Source: Clostridia bacterium (GTDB lineage Bacteria; Bacillota; Clostridia; Christensenellales; Aristaeellaceae). From it: a DNA stretch of 64,000 nucleotides. The notes beneath the pieces were generated by a model. That model saw only the letters and a program-made list of their open reading frames with translations. It made no database searches and was not told the origin of the DNA. Positions 55,253 to 64,000 of this stretch are shown piece by piece. Each line of letters opens with the position of its first letter. The first letter of the stretch is position 1. Position numbers and translations under genes: made by a program. Location of the stretch: positions 3,994 to 67,993 of the forward strand of contig JAFTWV010000012.1 in assembly GCA_017465155.1 (NCBI GenBank). Reading direction: 5' to 3'.

Positions 55253-57271
55253 ATGATGATCACCCGAAGCACACGAATTCTCGGCATTCCCGAGCTTCCG
55301 CCGGTCAAACGGGCCGCAGCGGCGCTGCAGCGGGATATCAAAGCCCTCTGCCTGCCCGGAGGCTCAACGGGAACCGATATCCGTCTTCAGCAAACTGAGC
55401 TTCCCCCGGAGGCCTACCTGCTTTCCGCAGGAGATGATATTCTTCTGCAGGCAGGGGACGCGCTGGGCTTCGTGTACGGATTGTACCGCATCAGCCATGA
55501 TCTTCTGGGCGTGAACCCCTTCTGGTTCTGGAATGACCAGTCCCTCCGGCCCCTCGCCGGGTACGCTGTACCTTCCGGTTGGACAGCTGCGTCAAAGCCC
55601 TGTGCCGTGCGCTATCGCGGATGGTTCATCAATGACGAGGTGCTGCTCCACACCTGGTCCCTGGACGGCAGCAAGGACAAGCCCTGGGAGATGGTCTTCG
55701 AAGCGCTGCTGCGCCTGGGCGGGAATCTGGTTATTCCCGGCACGGATCGCAACGCCCATATCTATGATACGCTGGCCGCCGAATACGGCCTGTACATTAC
55801 CCACCATCATGCCGAGCCGCTGGGCGCAAGGATGTTCCTGCGGGCCTACCCCGACCTCACGCCCTCCTATGCCGAACATCCCGGCCTTTTTGAAGGTCTG
55901 TGGCAGGAAGCCGTGGATAAGCAGAAATCCCGTCCCACCGTATATAACCTCGGTTTCCGCGGTCAGGGCGACCGCCCCTTCTGGGCAGACGATCCGCAGT
56001 ATGCCACGCCGGAGAGCCGCGGCGCGCTTATGTCGAGGCTCATCCGGCAGCAGTACGATCTGGTCAAGGCAAATGTCCCCGAAGCCCCCTGCTGCACCAA
56101 TCTTTACGGCGAATCCATGGAGCTTTATCAGCAGGGATATCTGGATCTGCCGAAGGACGTGATCAAAATTTGGGCGGACAACGGCTACGGCAAGATGGTA
56201 ACCCGCCGTCAGGGCAATCATAATCCCCGTATCCGTGCATTGCCCCGCGCAGGAGCCGCCGGTGCGCACGGACTGTATTATCACGCTTCCTTCTACGATC
56301 TGCAGGCGGCCAGCCAGATGACCATGCTGTCCAATCCTCCGGAATTCATCTGCCGGGAGCTGACAGAAGCGCTTTCCCTGGGTGTGAAAGATTACTGGAT
56401 CATCAACTGTTCCAACGTCAAGCCCCATGTGTACACCCTTGACCTGATCGCCGAGTTGTGGCGCGAGGGCAACGTTGATCCGGCAGCCCATCTGCAAGCC
56501 TACTGCACCCGCTATTACGGGTCAGACAACGCAGACCTTGCTGCTGATTGCTTCCGCGCATGGTATAAAAACGCCCTGCCATACGGAGAACGGGAAGATG
56601 AACATGCCGGAGAACAATTTGCCAACCACTGCGCCCGTATGCTCGTTTCCCAGTGGATGAAAAGCCCATCTTCCCCCGCCCCCGGCATGAAATGGGCCGT
56701 CGACGCCCCCACACTCCGCGAACAGATCGAATGGTATCGCGGCAAATGCCTGCAGGGCGCGGCAAATTACGCCGCCGTTCTTCGCACCTGCCATCGGGCG
56801 ATGCTCGACATGTCAGACCCCGGCGCGACCCTCCTGCAGGACACCATTGCCATGCAGGCCGAGCTAATGATGAAAACCTTCCAGGGCAGCATTCATGCCA
56901 TGGACAGCCTGCTCCTTGCCCTGGAGGGCGACTGGCTGCACGCCTTTTTCCACGCCGGACAGGCAAAGGCCTCCTATCTCGCCGCAGACCGGGCCATGCG
57001 TGACCGTGAGCACGGTAGGTGGCGTCTGTACTATGCCAACGACTGTCAGGCCGATGTGAAGCAGTCCGCCTGGCTGATGAGCATGTACATGGGCGTCCTG
57101 CGCAACAACGGCGACGGCCCCCACTTCTTCCAATGGCAGCGCAAGTTCATCGATCCGCCTCAGGATGCGCAGATCATGCTCATCCTCAACATGGAAAACC
57201 ATCTCGACAACGACGAGCTGTTCGCCCTGATGCAGGCGCGCCCTGAGCTCCTGGCCGTCTCGCCATCGTGA
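55253..57271 (+). CDS. Glycoside hydrolase, probably GH115 (xylan alpha-glucuronidase-like), intracellular
   Basis: YRGWFINDEVLL and GFRGQGDRPFW segments as I recall them for GH115. No signal peptide. Adjacent to a GH43 gene. The family call needs a profile search. Confidence 0.55.
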   Translation: MMITRSTRILGIPELPPVKRAAAALQRDIKALCLPGGSTGTDIRLQQTELPPEAYLLSAGDDILLQAGDALGFVYGLYRISHDLLGVNPFWFWNDQSLRPLAGYAVPSGWTAASKPCAVRYRGWFINDEVLLHTWSLDGSKDKPWEMVFEALLRLGGNLVIPGTDRNAHIYDTLAAEYGLYITHHHAEPLGARMFLRAYPDLTPSYAEHPGLFEGLWQEAVDKQKSRPTVYNLGFRGQGDRPFWADDPQYATPESRGALMSRLIRQQYDLVKANVPEAPCCTNLYGESMELYQQGYLDLPKDVIKIWADNGYGKMVTRRQGNHNPRIRALPRAGAAGAHGLYYHASFYDLQAASQMTMLSNPPEFICRELTEALSLGVKDYWIINCSNVKPHVYTLDLIAELWREGNVDPAAHLQAYCTRYYGSDNADLAADCFRAWYKNALPYGEREDEHAGEQFANHCARMLVSQWMKSPSSPAPGMKWAVDAPTLREQIEWYRGKCLQGAANYAAVLRTCHRAMLDMSDPGATLLQDTIAMQAELMMKTFQGSIHAMDSLLLALEGDWLHAFFHAGQAKASYLAADRAMRDREHGRWRLYYANDCQADVKQSAWLMSMYMGVLRNNGDGPHFFQWQRKFIDPPQDAQIMLILNMENHLDNDELFALMQARPELLAVSPS

Positions 57272-57288
57272 TACAGGAGGATCTCCCC

Positions 57289-58794
57289 ATGCAATACGAA
57301 AACCCGATTCTGCGCGGCTTTCACCCCGATCCCAGCATCTGCCGCGTGGGCGAAGATTTTTATCTTGTTGTCAGCTCCTTTGAGTATTTCCCCGGATTGC
57401 CCGTTTATCACAGCCGCGATCTTGTCAACTGGCGGCATATTGGCAACTGTCTGCAGCGTGCAGAGGAATTTCCCCTGCTGGAGGTGGGCGATTCCGGCGG
57501 CGTGTGGGCGCCAACCATCCGCTGGCACGAGGGCGTTTTCTACGTCACTGCAACACTGGAGAAATACGGCAACTTCATCGTCACTGCTGAAGATCCCGCC
57601 GGTACATGGTCATCTCCCGTGTGGCTTCCGGAGATCGGCGGCATTGATCCATCCATCTATTTTGAAGACGGACACACCTACTACTGCACCAACGAAGCCC
57701 TGACGAGCAGGGAGGCCATCTCCCTCTCCGAGATTGATGTATCGACCGGCCGCGTCATCGGGCAGCGCCGCGAGCTGTGGTCAGGCACAGGCGCGCACTT
57801 TCTGGAAGCGCCGCATCTGTACAGGATCGGCGGCTGGTATTATCTGCTGGTCGCTGAGGGCGGCACATTCTTCACGCACATGGCCTCCATCGCCCGCAGC
57901 CGCAGCCTGTGGGGCCCCTACGAAAGCTGCCCGTTCAATCCGATTCTCACCAACATGTGCGATCCGACATGGCAGGTGCAGTGCGCCGGTCATGCCGACC
58001 TCGTGGAAGACGCGCAGGGGAACTGGTGGGCAGTGCATCTGGGCGTTCGGCTTGCCCGGCGCACCATGACGCATCTGGGGCGCGAAACCTTCCTGACCCC
58101 CGTGGTGTGGCAGGACGGCTGGCCCATGTGCGGCGCCAAACGGAAAACTGTTCTGCTGGCAAACGGTCCGCTGAGGGCGCCTCAGCAGCCTGCCATCCCT
58201 TTCGTGCCCGACCTGTCCCGCACGGAATGGGAACCCGAATGGATCTTTCTGCGCCGTCCGGATATGGCGAGCCACCAGCGTATCCCCGGCGCGATGCTTT
58301 TCATCCCCTCCCGCCGCACACTGAAGGATCCGAATCCCACCTTTGCCGCCATTCGTCCAGCTGACTTTGACTGTGTGACGGATGTAACCTTTACCTTCTC
58401 TGCGCAGCAGGAGGGGGATGAAGCCGGTCTGGCCATCCGTCTGGACAAGCAGTTCCACATCACCTGTACGCTGGGCTATGACCGTCGCCTGACGCTGACC
58501 CTGCAGGCAGAGGACATATGCCACACCGTCGCGCAGGCTGTTCTGCCCGGAGATACGATCAGCCTGCGCCTGACCGCCGGAAAGGATCGCTTTGCCTTTA
58601 CGTATTGCTGCGGCGGGACATATATCCCGTTTGGCAGCGTATCCACGCGATTCCTTGCCACTGAGTTTCAGGGCCGGTGCTTTACTGGTACAGTCATCGG
58701 CCTGTACGCCGCCTGCGCAGCTCCCACCAAGGCCTGCATGCGCGTTACAGCCTTTGCCCACGCTGCTCTTTCCCCATCCAATGAACGACTTTGA
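57289..58794 (+). CDS. GH43 beta-xylosidase/alpha-L-arabinofuranosidase with C-terminal beta-sandwich domain
   Basis: MQYENPILRGFHPDPSICRVGEDFYLVVSSFEYFPGLPVYHSRDLVNW, plus a catalytic Asp/Glu pattern (WAPTI, LEAPH). Confidence 0.85.
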   Translation: MQYENPILRGFHPDPSICRVGEDFYLVVSSFEYFPGLPVYHSRDLVNWRHIGNCLQRAEEFPLLEVGDSGGVWAPTIRWHEGVFYVTATLEKYGNFIVTAEDPAGTWSSPVWLPEIGGIDPSIYFEDGHTYYCTNEALTSREAISLSEIDVSTGRVIGQRRELWSGTGAHFLEAPHLYRIGGWYYLLVAEGGTFFTHMASIARSRSLWGPYESCPFNPILTNMCDPTWQVQCAGHADLVEDAQGNWWAVHLGVRLARRTMTHLGRETFLTPVVWQDGWPMCGAKRKTVLLANGPLRAPQQPAIPFVPDLSRTEWEPEWIFLRRPDMASHQRIPGAMLFIPSRRTLKDPNPTFAAIRPADFDCVTDVTFTFSAQQEGDEAGLAIRLDKQFHITCTLGYDRRLTLTLQAEDICHTVAQAVLPGDTISLRLTAGKDRFAFTYCCGGTYIPFGSVSTRFLATEFQGRCFTGTVIGLYAACAAPTKACMRVTAFAHAALSPSNERL

Positions 58795-58815
58795 TGTATT
58801 CAGGAGGCTCTTTGC

Positions 58816-59754
58816 ATGATCGACCTGTGCACCCTTGGAACCGGCGGCACTATCCCCATGCCCGACCGCGCGCTGTCCAGCCTGTATGTCCGTGTCAATG
58901 GCCGTGCTCTGCTGATCGACTGCGGCGAAGGCACGCAGGTTGGCGTACAGCGCCTTGGCTGGGGGATTCAGTGTATTGACGGCCTCCTGATCACTCATTT
59001 TCATGCCGATCACTGCTCCGGGCTTCCGGGCATGCTTCTCGCGCTGACAAAGTCCCTTCGTACCGATCCCCTGCATATCTACGGCCCTGTCGGACTGACG
59101 CAGGTGGTCACCGGCCTGCGTGTCATTGCACCGCAGCTTTCCTTCCCGGTCGTGCTGCATGAAATCGACGGACACAGTGAGCCATTCCGACTCATCGGAC
59201 TGGAGATCACGCCCTTTGCCGTCGCTCATGGCATCCCCTGCCTTGGGTATCGGCTGCACCTGCCGCGCCCGGCTGCCTTCGACCCGCAAAAGGCCCGCGC
59301 CCTCGGTGTTCCCCTGCACTGCTGGAAACTGCTGCAGCGCGGTGAAACCGTCTCCGCAGACGGCAGGATTTTCGAGCCTTCGCAGGTACTGGGCGCGCCG
59401 CGCAAGGGCATCACCGTCCTCTACGCCACTGACACACGCCCTGTTCCTGCCATCCCTGAGCTGGGGCGCGGATGCGATATGATGATCCTCGAGGGCATGT
59501 ACGGTCCTGAGGAAAAGCTCCCGCTCGCGCTGAGGAACCATCACATGCTCTTCCGCGAGGCCGCTGCACTGGCAAAGGAAGCAGAGGCTGCCCAGCTCAT
59601 CCTGACGCATTACAGCACCTGTATCTCCGATCCTCTTGAATACCTGCCCCTGGCACAGGATGTATTCCCTGCCGCATCCTGCGCTGCCGACGGCATGACT
59701 TGGACGCTGAAGTATCCCGTCACGGAATGTCCGGCTCAGAATGCGGAATGCTAA
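58816..59754 (+). CDS. rnz: Ribonuclease Z (MBL fold)
   Basis: LGTGGTIP start, HFHADH motif and C-terminal THYS. Confidence 0.85.
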   Translation: MIDLCTLGTGGTIPMPDRALSSLYVRVNGRALLIDCGEGTQVGVQRLGWGIQCIDGLLITHFHADHCSGLPGMLLALTKSLRTDPLHIYGPVGLTQVVTGLRVIAPQLSFPVVLHEIDGHSEPFRLIGLEITPFAVAHGIPCLGYRLHLPRPAAFDPQKARALGVPLHCWKLLQRGETVSADGRIFEPSQVLGAPRKGITVLYATDTRPVPAIPELGRGCDMMILEGMYGPEEKLPLALRNHHMLFREAAALAKEAEAAQLILTHYSTCISDPLEYLPLAQDVFPAASCAADGMTWTLKYPVTECPAQNAEC

Positions 59755-59794
59755 TTGAACAGGCTTATTCAGGATTATATCATGGGAGGTTTGC

Positions 59795-60409
59795 ATGCAA
59801 CGCTTTCATCAGAAAATGAGTGACCGATTCGCGACCCTGTGGCCTGCGGAGGACAAGACGCTCGTCTTTGGCGAGGGACAGTCAGACCACCCTGCCATCA
59901 TGCTCATCGGAGAAGCGCCGGGCGAGCAGGAAACGCTGCAGGGCCGTCCCTTTGTCGGAAAGGCCGGCAAGAATCTCGACAGCTTTCTGGAAATCGTCGG
60001 GCTGAAGCGCGAGGACATCTACATCAGCAATGTCGTCAAGATCCGCCCCACCAAAGTCAGCGATAAGGGACGGCTGTCCAATCGTCCGCCCAACAAGGAG
60101 GAGCTGGCGCTCTTCACCCCCTATCTGTACGAGGAAATCCTGCTTGTTCAGCCCCGAATGATCGTGACGCTGGGCAATGTAGCTCTCCGGGCGCTTGCAG
60201 GCCCCAAGGCGGTCATCGGCAGCATGCACGGCGCAGCATCCATCGTAACCGTCTCGTATGAGAAGCAAACCATGGAGTGCAGCCTGTTCCCGCTGTACCA
60301 TCCAGCCTCCATCATCTACAACAGAGCACTGCAGGAGGTCTATCAGGCAGATCTGCAGGCGCTGAAAAAGCAGCTGCCCGCTCCTGCCGTACAGCAGGAG
60401 AATCCCTGA
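59795..60409 (+). CDS. Family 4 uracil-DNA glycosylase
   Basis: IGEAPGEQE, GRPFVGKAGKNLD and YHPAS motifs. Confidence 0.85.
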   Translation: MQRFHQKMSDRFATLWPAEDKTLVFGEGQSDHPAIMLIGEAPGEQETLQGRPFVGKAGKNLDSFLEIVGLKREDIYISNVVKIRPTKVSDKGRLSNRPPNKEELALFTPYLYEEILLVQPRMIVTLGNVALRALAGPKAVIGSMHGAASIVTVSYEKQTMECSLFPLYHPASIIYNRALQEVYQADLQALKKQLPAPAVQQENP

Positions 60410-60607
60410 TCCGGCTGCGTTGTCATTTGAGACGCGAAAATGTATCTTTGGAGCAAAGTCTATGGCAATCGGCTCATGCCTGTGCTATACTGTCAGCGTC
60501 AAGAAAAGCCGGTCAGACCGGCTTCGGGCGGGCGCTGCCCTCCTGAATATCCAAACGCGGCCAAAAGCAGTCATCCTGACGGCATGGCCGGGAAAGGAGG
60601 GAAACCA

Positions 60608-61105
60608 ATGATTGAGTTCATCGCGTCAAATCTGCCCATCATCATCTGCTTCCTTGTCGGCATCGGACTGCTGATTCTGGAGGCATTCATGCCGGGGTTT
60701 GGACTTCCGGGCTTCTCGGGCATCGTCCTGGAATGCATCACGCTGGTGCTGACATGGAAGGAGCACGGCGCTGTGGCGACGCTGGGCATGCTGTTGGTGG
60801 TGCTGGCTGTGCTGGCCATCGCCATATCCATGTCACTGAGAAGCGCCACAAATGGGAAGCTGAGCCGGAGCAAGCTCATCCACAACGAAACGGAGAGCAA
60901 CGAAGCCGGCTATCGCGCCACACAGGATCTTGAAGTGTTCGTAGGCCGCGAAGGCCAGACGACCACTGTTCTGCGTCCTACCGGTATCGCTGATTTCGAG
61001 GGTGTTCGCCTGAACGTCTCCAGCGAAGGAGATTACATCCAGGCTGGTACAAAGGTGCGCATCATCAAGGTCGAGGGCAGCAAAATCCTCGTCCGTGCCG
61101 TATAA
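60608..61105 (+). CDS. NfeD family membrane protein
   Basis: Three N-terminal TM helices plus a C-terminal OB-fold (GTKVRIIKVEGSKILV). GGAGGG RBS. Located upstream of floA. Confidence 0.75.
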   Translation: MIEFIASNLPIIICFLVGIGLLILEAFMPGFGLPGFSGIVLECITLVLTWKEHGAVATLGMLLVVLAVLAIAISMSLRSATNGKLSRSKLIHNETESNEAGYRATQDLEVFVGREGQTTTVLRPTGIADFEGVRLNVSSEGDYIQAGTKVRIIKVEGSKILVRAV

Positions 61106-61157
61106 CCACAAGATCGCCGCTGCACTGCGGCCTGTATAGAGATAGGGAGGAAAACTT

Positions 61158-62153
61158 ATGCCTACTGAGGTTCTGATTGTTGGTATCATTATTCTGGCCG
61201 TCATCGCCGTATCCGTGTTCCTTTCCTTTGTGCCCCTGGGCCTGTGGATTTCTGCGCTGGCCAGCGGCGTTCATGTCTCCATTCCGACCCTGATCGGCAT
61301 GAAGATCCGCCGTGTACAGCCCAAGCGACTGGTCTATCCCATGATCAAGGCCAACAAGGCAGGTCTGAACCTGACCATCAGCCAGCTGGAAACCCACTTC
61401 CTGGCCGGCGGTAATGTCGACCACGTCATCAACGCCCTGATCGCCGCCCAGCGCGCCAACATCGACCTGCCCTTTGAGAAGGCATGTGCCATCGATCTGG
61501 CTGGCCGTGATGTCTTCGAAGCTGTGCAGATGTCCGTTACCCCCAAGGTCATCGAAACCCCCGTGGTCGCAGCCATCGCCAAGGACGGCATTGAGCTGCG
61601 CGCCAAGGCCCGCGTAACCGTTCGCACCGACATCAGCCGTCTGGTGGGCGGCGCCGGTGAGGAAACCGTCATCGCCCGTGTCGGCGAAGGCATCGTTACC
61701 ACCGTCGGCTCCGCCGAGAGCCATAAGGCCGTGCTGGAGAATCCCGATCTGATCAGCCGTACCGTGCTGGCCAAGGGTCTGGACGCGGGCACTGCCTACG
61801 AGATCCTGTCCATCGACATCGCGGATGTGGACGTTGGCCGCAACATCGGCGCACAGCTGATGATGGATCAGGCTGAAGCCGACCGCCGCATTGCTCAGGC
61901 CAAGGCCGAGGAGCGCCGCGCAATGGCCGTTGCCCACGAGCAGGAGATGAAGGCCAGCGTGCAGGAGATGCGCGCCAAGGTCGTCGAAGCCGAGGCAGAG
62001 GTTCCGCGCGCAATGGCCGCCGCCCTGCGTGAAGGCAAGCTGGGCGTGATGGATTACTATCAGATGCAGAACACCATCGCCGATACCACCATGCGCGACT
62101 CCATCGCCAAGGCCAGCCAGCCCCAGCAGACCCCCGTGACTGACAAGAAATAA
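61158..62153 (+). CDS. floA: Flotillin-like protein FloA (YqfA/UPF0365)
   Basis: [15 protein letters not shown]..., LIGMKIRRV, and an SPFH domain with an Ala/Glu-rich coiled coil. Confidence 0.9.
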   Translation: MPTEVLIVGIIILAVIAVSVFLSFVPLGLWISALASGVHVSIPTLIGMKIRRVQPKRLVYPMIKANKAGLNLTISQLETHFLAGGNVDHVINALIAAQRANIDLPFEKACAIDLAGRDVFEAVQMSVTPKVIETPVVAAIAKDGIELRAKARVTVRTDISRLVGGAGEETVIARVGEGIVTTVGSAESHKAVLENPDLISRTVLAKGLDAGTAYEILSIDIADVDVGRNIGAQLMMDQAEADRRIAQAKAEERRAMAVAHEQEMKASVQEMRAKVVEAEAEVPRAMAAALREGKLGVMDYYQMQNTIADTTMRDSIAKASQPQQTPVTDKK

Positions 62154-62190
62154 TGAACGCTCACACACATAAAGGAAGGGAGGGATTGAC

Positions 62191-62631
62191 ATGGAGGATA
62201 TGATCGGCGTCGTGATCATGCTGATCGTCGCAGTGGTGTCAGCCATCAACAGCGCAAACAAGAAGCAGAAGAATGCGGCAAAATCCATCTACGCTACCCC
62301 ATCCTCCAGTCCGGCAAAGGTGCAGCGTGCACCTGCTGCACAGCCCACACCCATGATCCCTGCAGAAGCCTATACGCCTGCAGCCATCAGCGTTCACACG
62401 CACCTTGAGCCCGACTGCAGCACGCATGATCTTCCCGGCAGCACCGGTTATGCCAGCACCGAGGGTAAGGATCCCTGCCACGATGAGCAGCTTGCCGGCA
62501 TGCGCAGCTATCATGGCGATGTGCAGGAGCAATCCGGTCTGACCCTGGAGTGGACAGGCGACAGCATGGTCAAGGCGTTCGTCATGCAGGAGGTACTTAC
62601 CCGCCCCTGCCAGCGCCGGGCAAGCCGCTGA
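62191..62631 (+). CDS. Small membrane-anchored hypothetical protein (yqfB-position gene)
   Basis: N-terminal TM helix (IGVVIMLIVAVVSAI). Located directly downstream of floA, like yqfB in B. subtilis. No motif recognised. Confidence 0.45.
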   Translation: MEDMIGVVIMLIVAVVSAINSANKKQKNAAKSIYATPSSSPAKVQRAPAAQPTPMIPAEAYTPAAISVHTHLEPDCSTHDLPGSTGYASTEGKDPCHDEQLAGMRSYHGDVQEQSGLTLEWTGDSMVKAFVMQEVLTRPCQRRASR

Positions 62632-62775
62632 CAGACCACAGCATATCCAGCGTCAACCGGGGAGAGGTCGTTCATTCTCGACCTCTCCCCTTTCCTTTCA
62701 AATCAGCCAATGTGAAACATGATCACGCTGTCAGGCGTAATACTTATGAGCAGATCAGCCGAAGGAGACAGAAGC

Positions 62776-63528
62776 ATGGAGGACATCAGGGTTATCATTG
62801 CCGACGACAACGAGGACATGCGGCGCATCGAACGGAAGATGATCAGCCGTGTGGAGGGCTTCAACCTTGTGGGAGAAGCAAAAGATGGTCTGGAACTGCT
62901 GGAGATGGTGGAGCACCTTCATCCGCAGGTCGTTTTCCTTGACGTGGAAATGCCCGGCAAAACCGGCGTAGAGGCCGCCCGCGTCATTCAGGATATGAAT
63001 CCCGGCATCATCATGATTTTCGCCACCGCCCACGATCAGTACATGGGAGACGCGTTTGAAGTCTACGCCTTTGATTATCTGATCAAGCCCTTCAAGGTAG
63101 ATCGTGTCATCCGGACGCTTGAGCGTGCCCGTGATCGTCTGAATCCCGATAAGGACGAAGCTCCCCTGCCTGTCCCCGCTGCCGCGCCCAAGATTTCTAC
63201 GGGGCGCCTGATGCTTCATCACCGGGATGGCGTGTCCTTCGTCAATACCCGGGACATCGTGCTGGTACAGCGTGAGGATCGCTCCACGGTCATCTACACC
63301 TCCACCGGCGATCGCTATGTAACCAGCGATTCCCTGTCGGAAACCGAGGCGCGCCTTGACCCCAGCATCTTCTTCCGCTGCCACAAGAGCTACATCATCA
63401 ACCTGAACTTCATCAGCAACATCACACCCTACGGCCGCTGGACCTACGTCGTGCGCCTGAAGGGTATCACGCAGGACGCGCTGATCACCCATGAGAAGTA
63501 TGAAGAGCTGGAGCAGCTGTTCAGCTGA
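62776..63528 (+). CDS. LytR/AlgR-family response regulator (REC + LytTR)
   Basis: REC motifs IIADDN, FLDVEMPG and KPF. LytTR motif FFRCHKSYIINL. GAAGGAG RBS. No histidine kinase gene is adjacent within the window. Confidence 0.88.
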   Translation: MEDIRVIIADDNEDMRRIERKMISRVEGFNLVGEAKDGLELLEMVEHLHPQVVFLDVEMPGKTGVEAARVIQDMNPGIIMIFATAHDQYMGDAFEVYAFDYLIKPFKVDRVIRTLERARDRLNPDKDEAPLPVPAAAPKISTGRLMLHHRDGVSFVNTRDIVLVQREDRSTVIYTSTGDRYVTSDSLSETEARLDPSIFFRCHKSYIINLNFISNITPYGRWTYVVRLKGITQDALITHEKYEELEQLFS

Positions 63529-63569
63529 TGGCTTCATAACAAGCACCGAATACTGTTCCCACGATCTGA

Positions 63570-64000
63570 ATGAGTGATTCCATGCCCGTCCTGCAAAGCA
63601 TATTCTGCCGGATGCAGAATTCTCTGAGGATCATCGTCCTGCAGCTGCTCACCGCGTTCAAGATGGTTCTTTGGACACTCCCGGCGCTGGCACGCTCCCC
63701 CTGATAACGGACACGCTGTACCTTGCCAGTGCAAAAGACGGCCTCTACTATGCTGCAATACTGCTGTGCCTGCTGTTCGCTGCGGTGATGATATTTTGCG
63801 CATCGCTCCGCTACGGGCTGGCAAACATCATCATGGCAGATATGCCGTCCCTTAGCGCGCGTCAAGCCGTCAGTTTGAGCAGGCATCACATGCGCGGCCG
63901 AAAATGGTTCTTCATCCGGCTGATGTTCCCCTATACCACGCCGCTTGTTCTGGCCCTTCCGGTCTATACACTGGTCATCACCGTTGCCTCGACCGTGCTG
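63570..64000 (+). pseudogene. DUF975-like membrane protein, apparently split by a frameshift at a C5 run (3' end outside the window)
   Basis: The frame from ATG 63570 (MSDSMPVLQSIFCRMQNSLRIIVLQLLTAFKMVLWTLPALARSP) stops at 63702-63704. A second frame, open from 63578 to the window end, encodes ...YYAAILLCLLFAAVMIFCASLRYGLANIIMADMPSLSARQAVSLSRHHMRGRKWFFIRLMF.... One extra C in CCCCC (63697-63701) would join the two frames. Confidence 0.4.

Noticed and set aside
60410-60607. ~200-bp intergenic region upstream of nfeD-floA containing several hairpins and small track ORFs (60420-60611, 60277-60546).
   Set aside because: It contains a plausible TGcTATACT promoter (60486-60491) and a ~110-nt GC-rich leader. 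I recognise no known RNA motif. The small ORFs lack an RBS and have composition typical of noise. There is not enough evidence for an sRNA or riboswitch call.
1-64000. Mobile elements, prophage, genomic island, tRNA/rRNA genes and CRISPR arrays.
   Set aside because: I saw no integrase, transposase, recombinase, phage structural or cas-like translations in any frame. There is no tRNA-like T-arm (GGTTCGAATCC-type) sequence and no spaced direct-repeat array. The only AT-rich stretches are short intergenic promoter regions.

Overview
This is a high-GC, densely coding Clostridia-type chromosomal segment. Gene content and order suggest an Oscillospiraceae/Ruminococcaceae-like gut anaerobe, but that is inference only. 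I support about 60 protein-coding genes, and almost all are core housekeeping. They include serS behind a T-box leader; ylxM-ffh and rpsP-KH-rimM-trmD; cysK; hflX; and the ylm/division cluster (yggS-sepF-yggT-ylmH-divIVA), which is preceded by a SigF/G-type sigma factor. Also present are aspartate kinase, recD2, purR, lepB, uvrC, rnz, a family-4 UDG, nfeD-floA, a TPP riboswitch with thiT, two ECF sigma/anti-sigma pairs, and a small glucuronoxylan-debranching set (CBM9-CE15, GH115, GH43). I recognised no rRNA, tRNA, CRISPR array, transposase, integrase or prophage genes. I did not find a convincing self-contained novel multi-gene system. The most interesting observations are unusual domain architectures read directly from the translations: (1) an exact JAMM/MPN+ metal-site motif in a ~180-aa N-terminal extension of HflX; (2) an N-terminal AraC-type HTH fused to a GGDEF domain; (3) a SigF/G-like sigma factor paired with a SpoIIAB-like protein that has lost its ATP-binding boxes and has no SpoIIAA, embedded in the division cluster; (4) a RecB/Cas4-like PD-(D/E)XK nuclease fused to an XPD/DinG Fe-S helicase; (5) a 906-aa protein with 8 peptidoglycan-binding repeats and an unassigned C-terminal domain. 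All functional calls come from motif recognition by eye, since no database search was possible. The many very long antisense ORFs in the track are treated as high-GC shadow ORFs.
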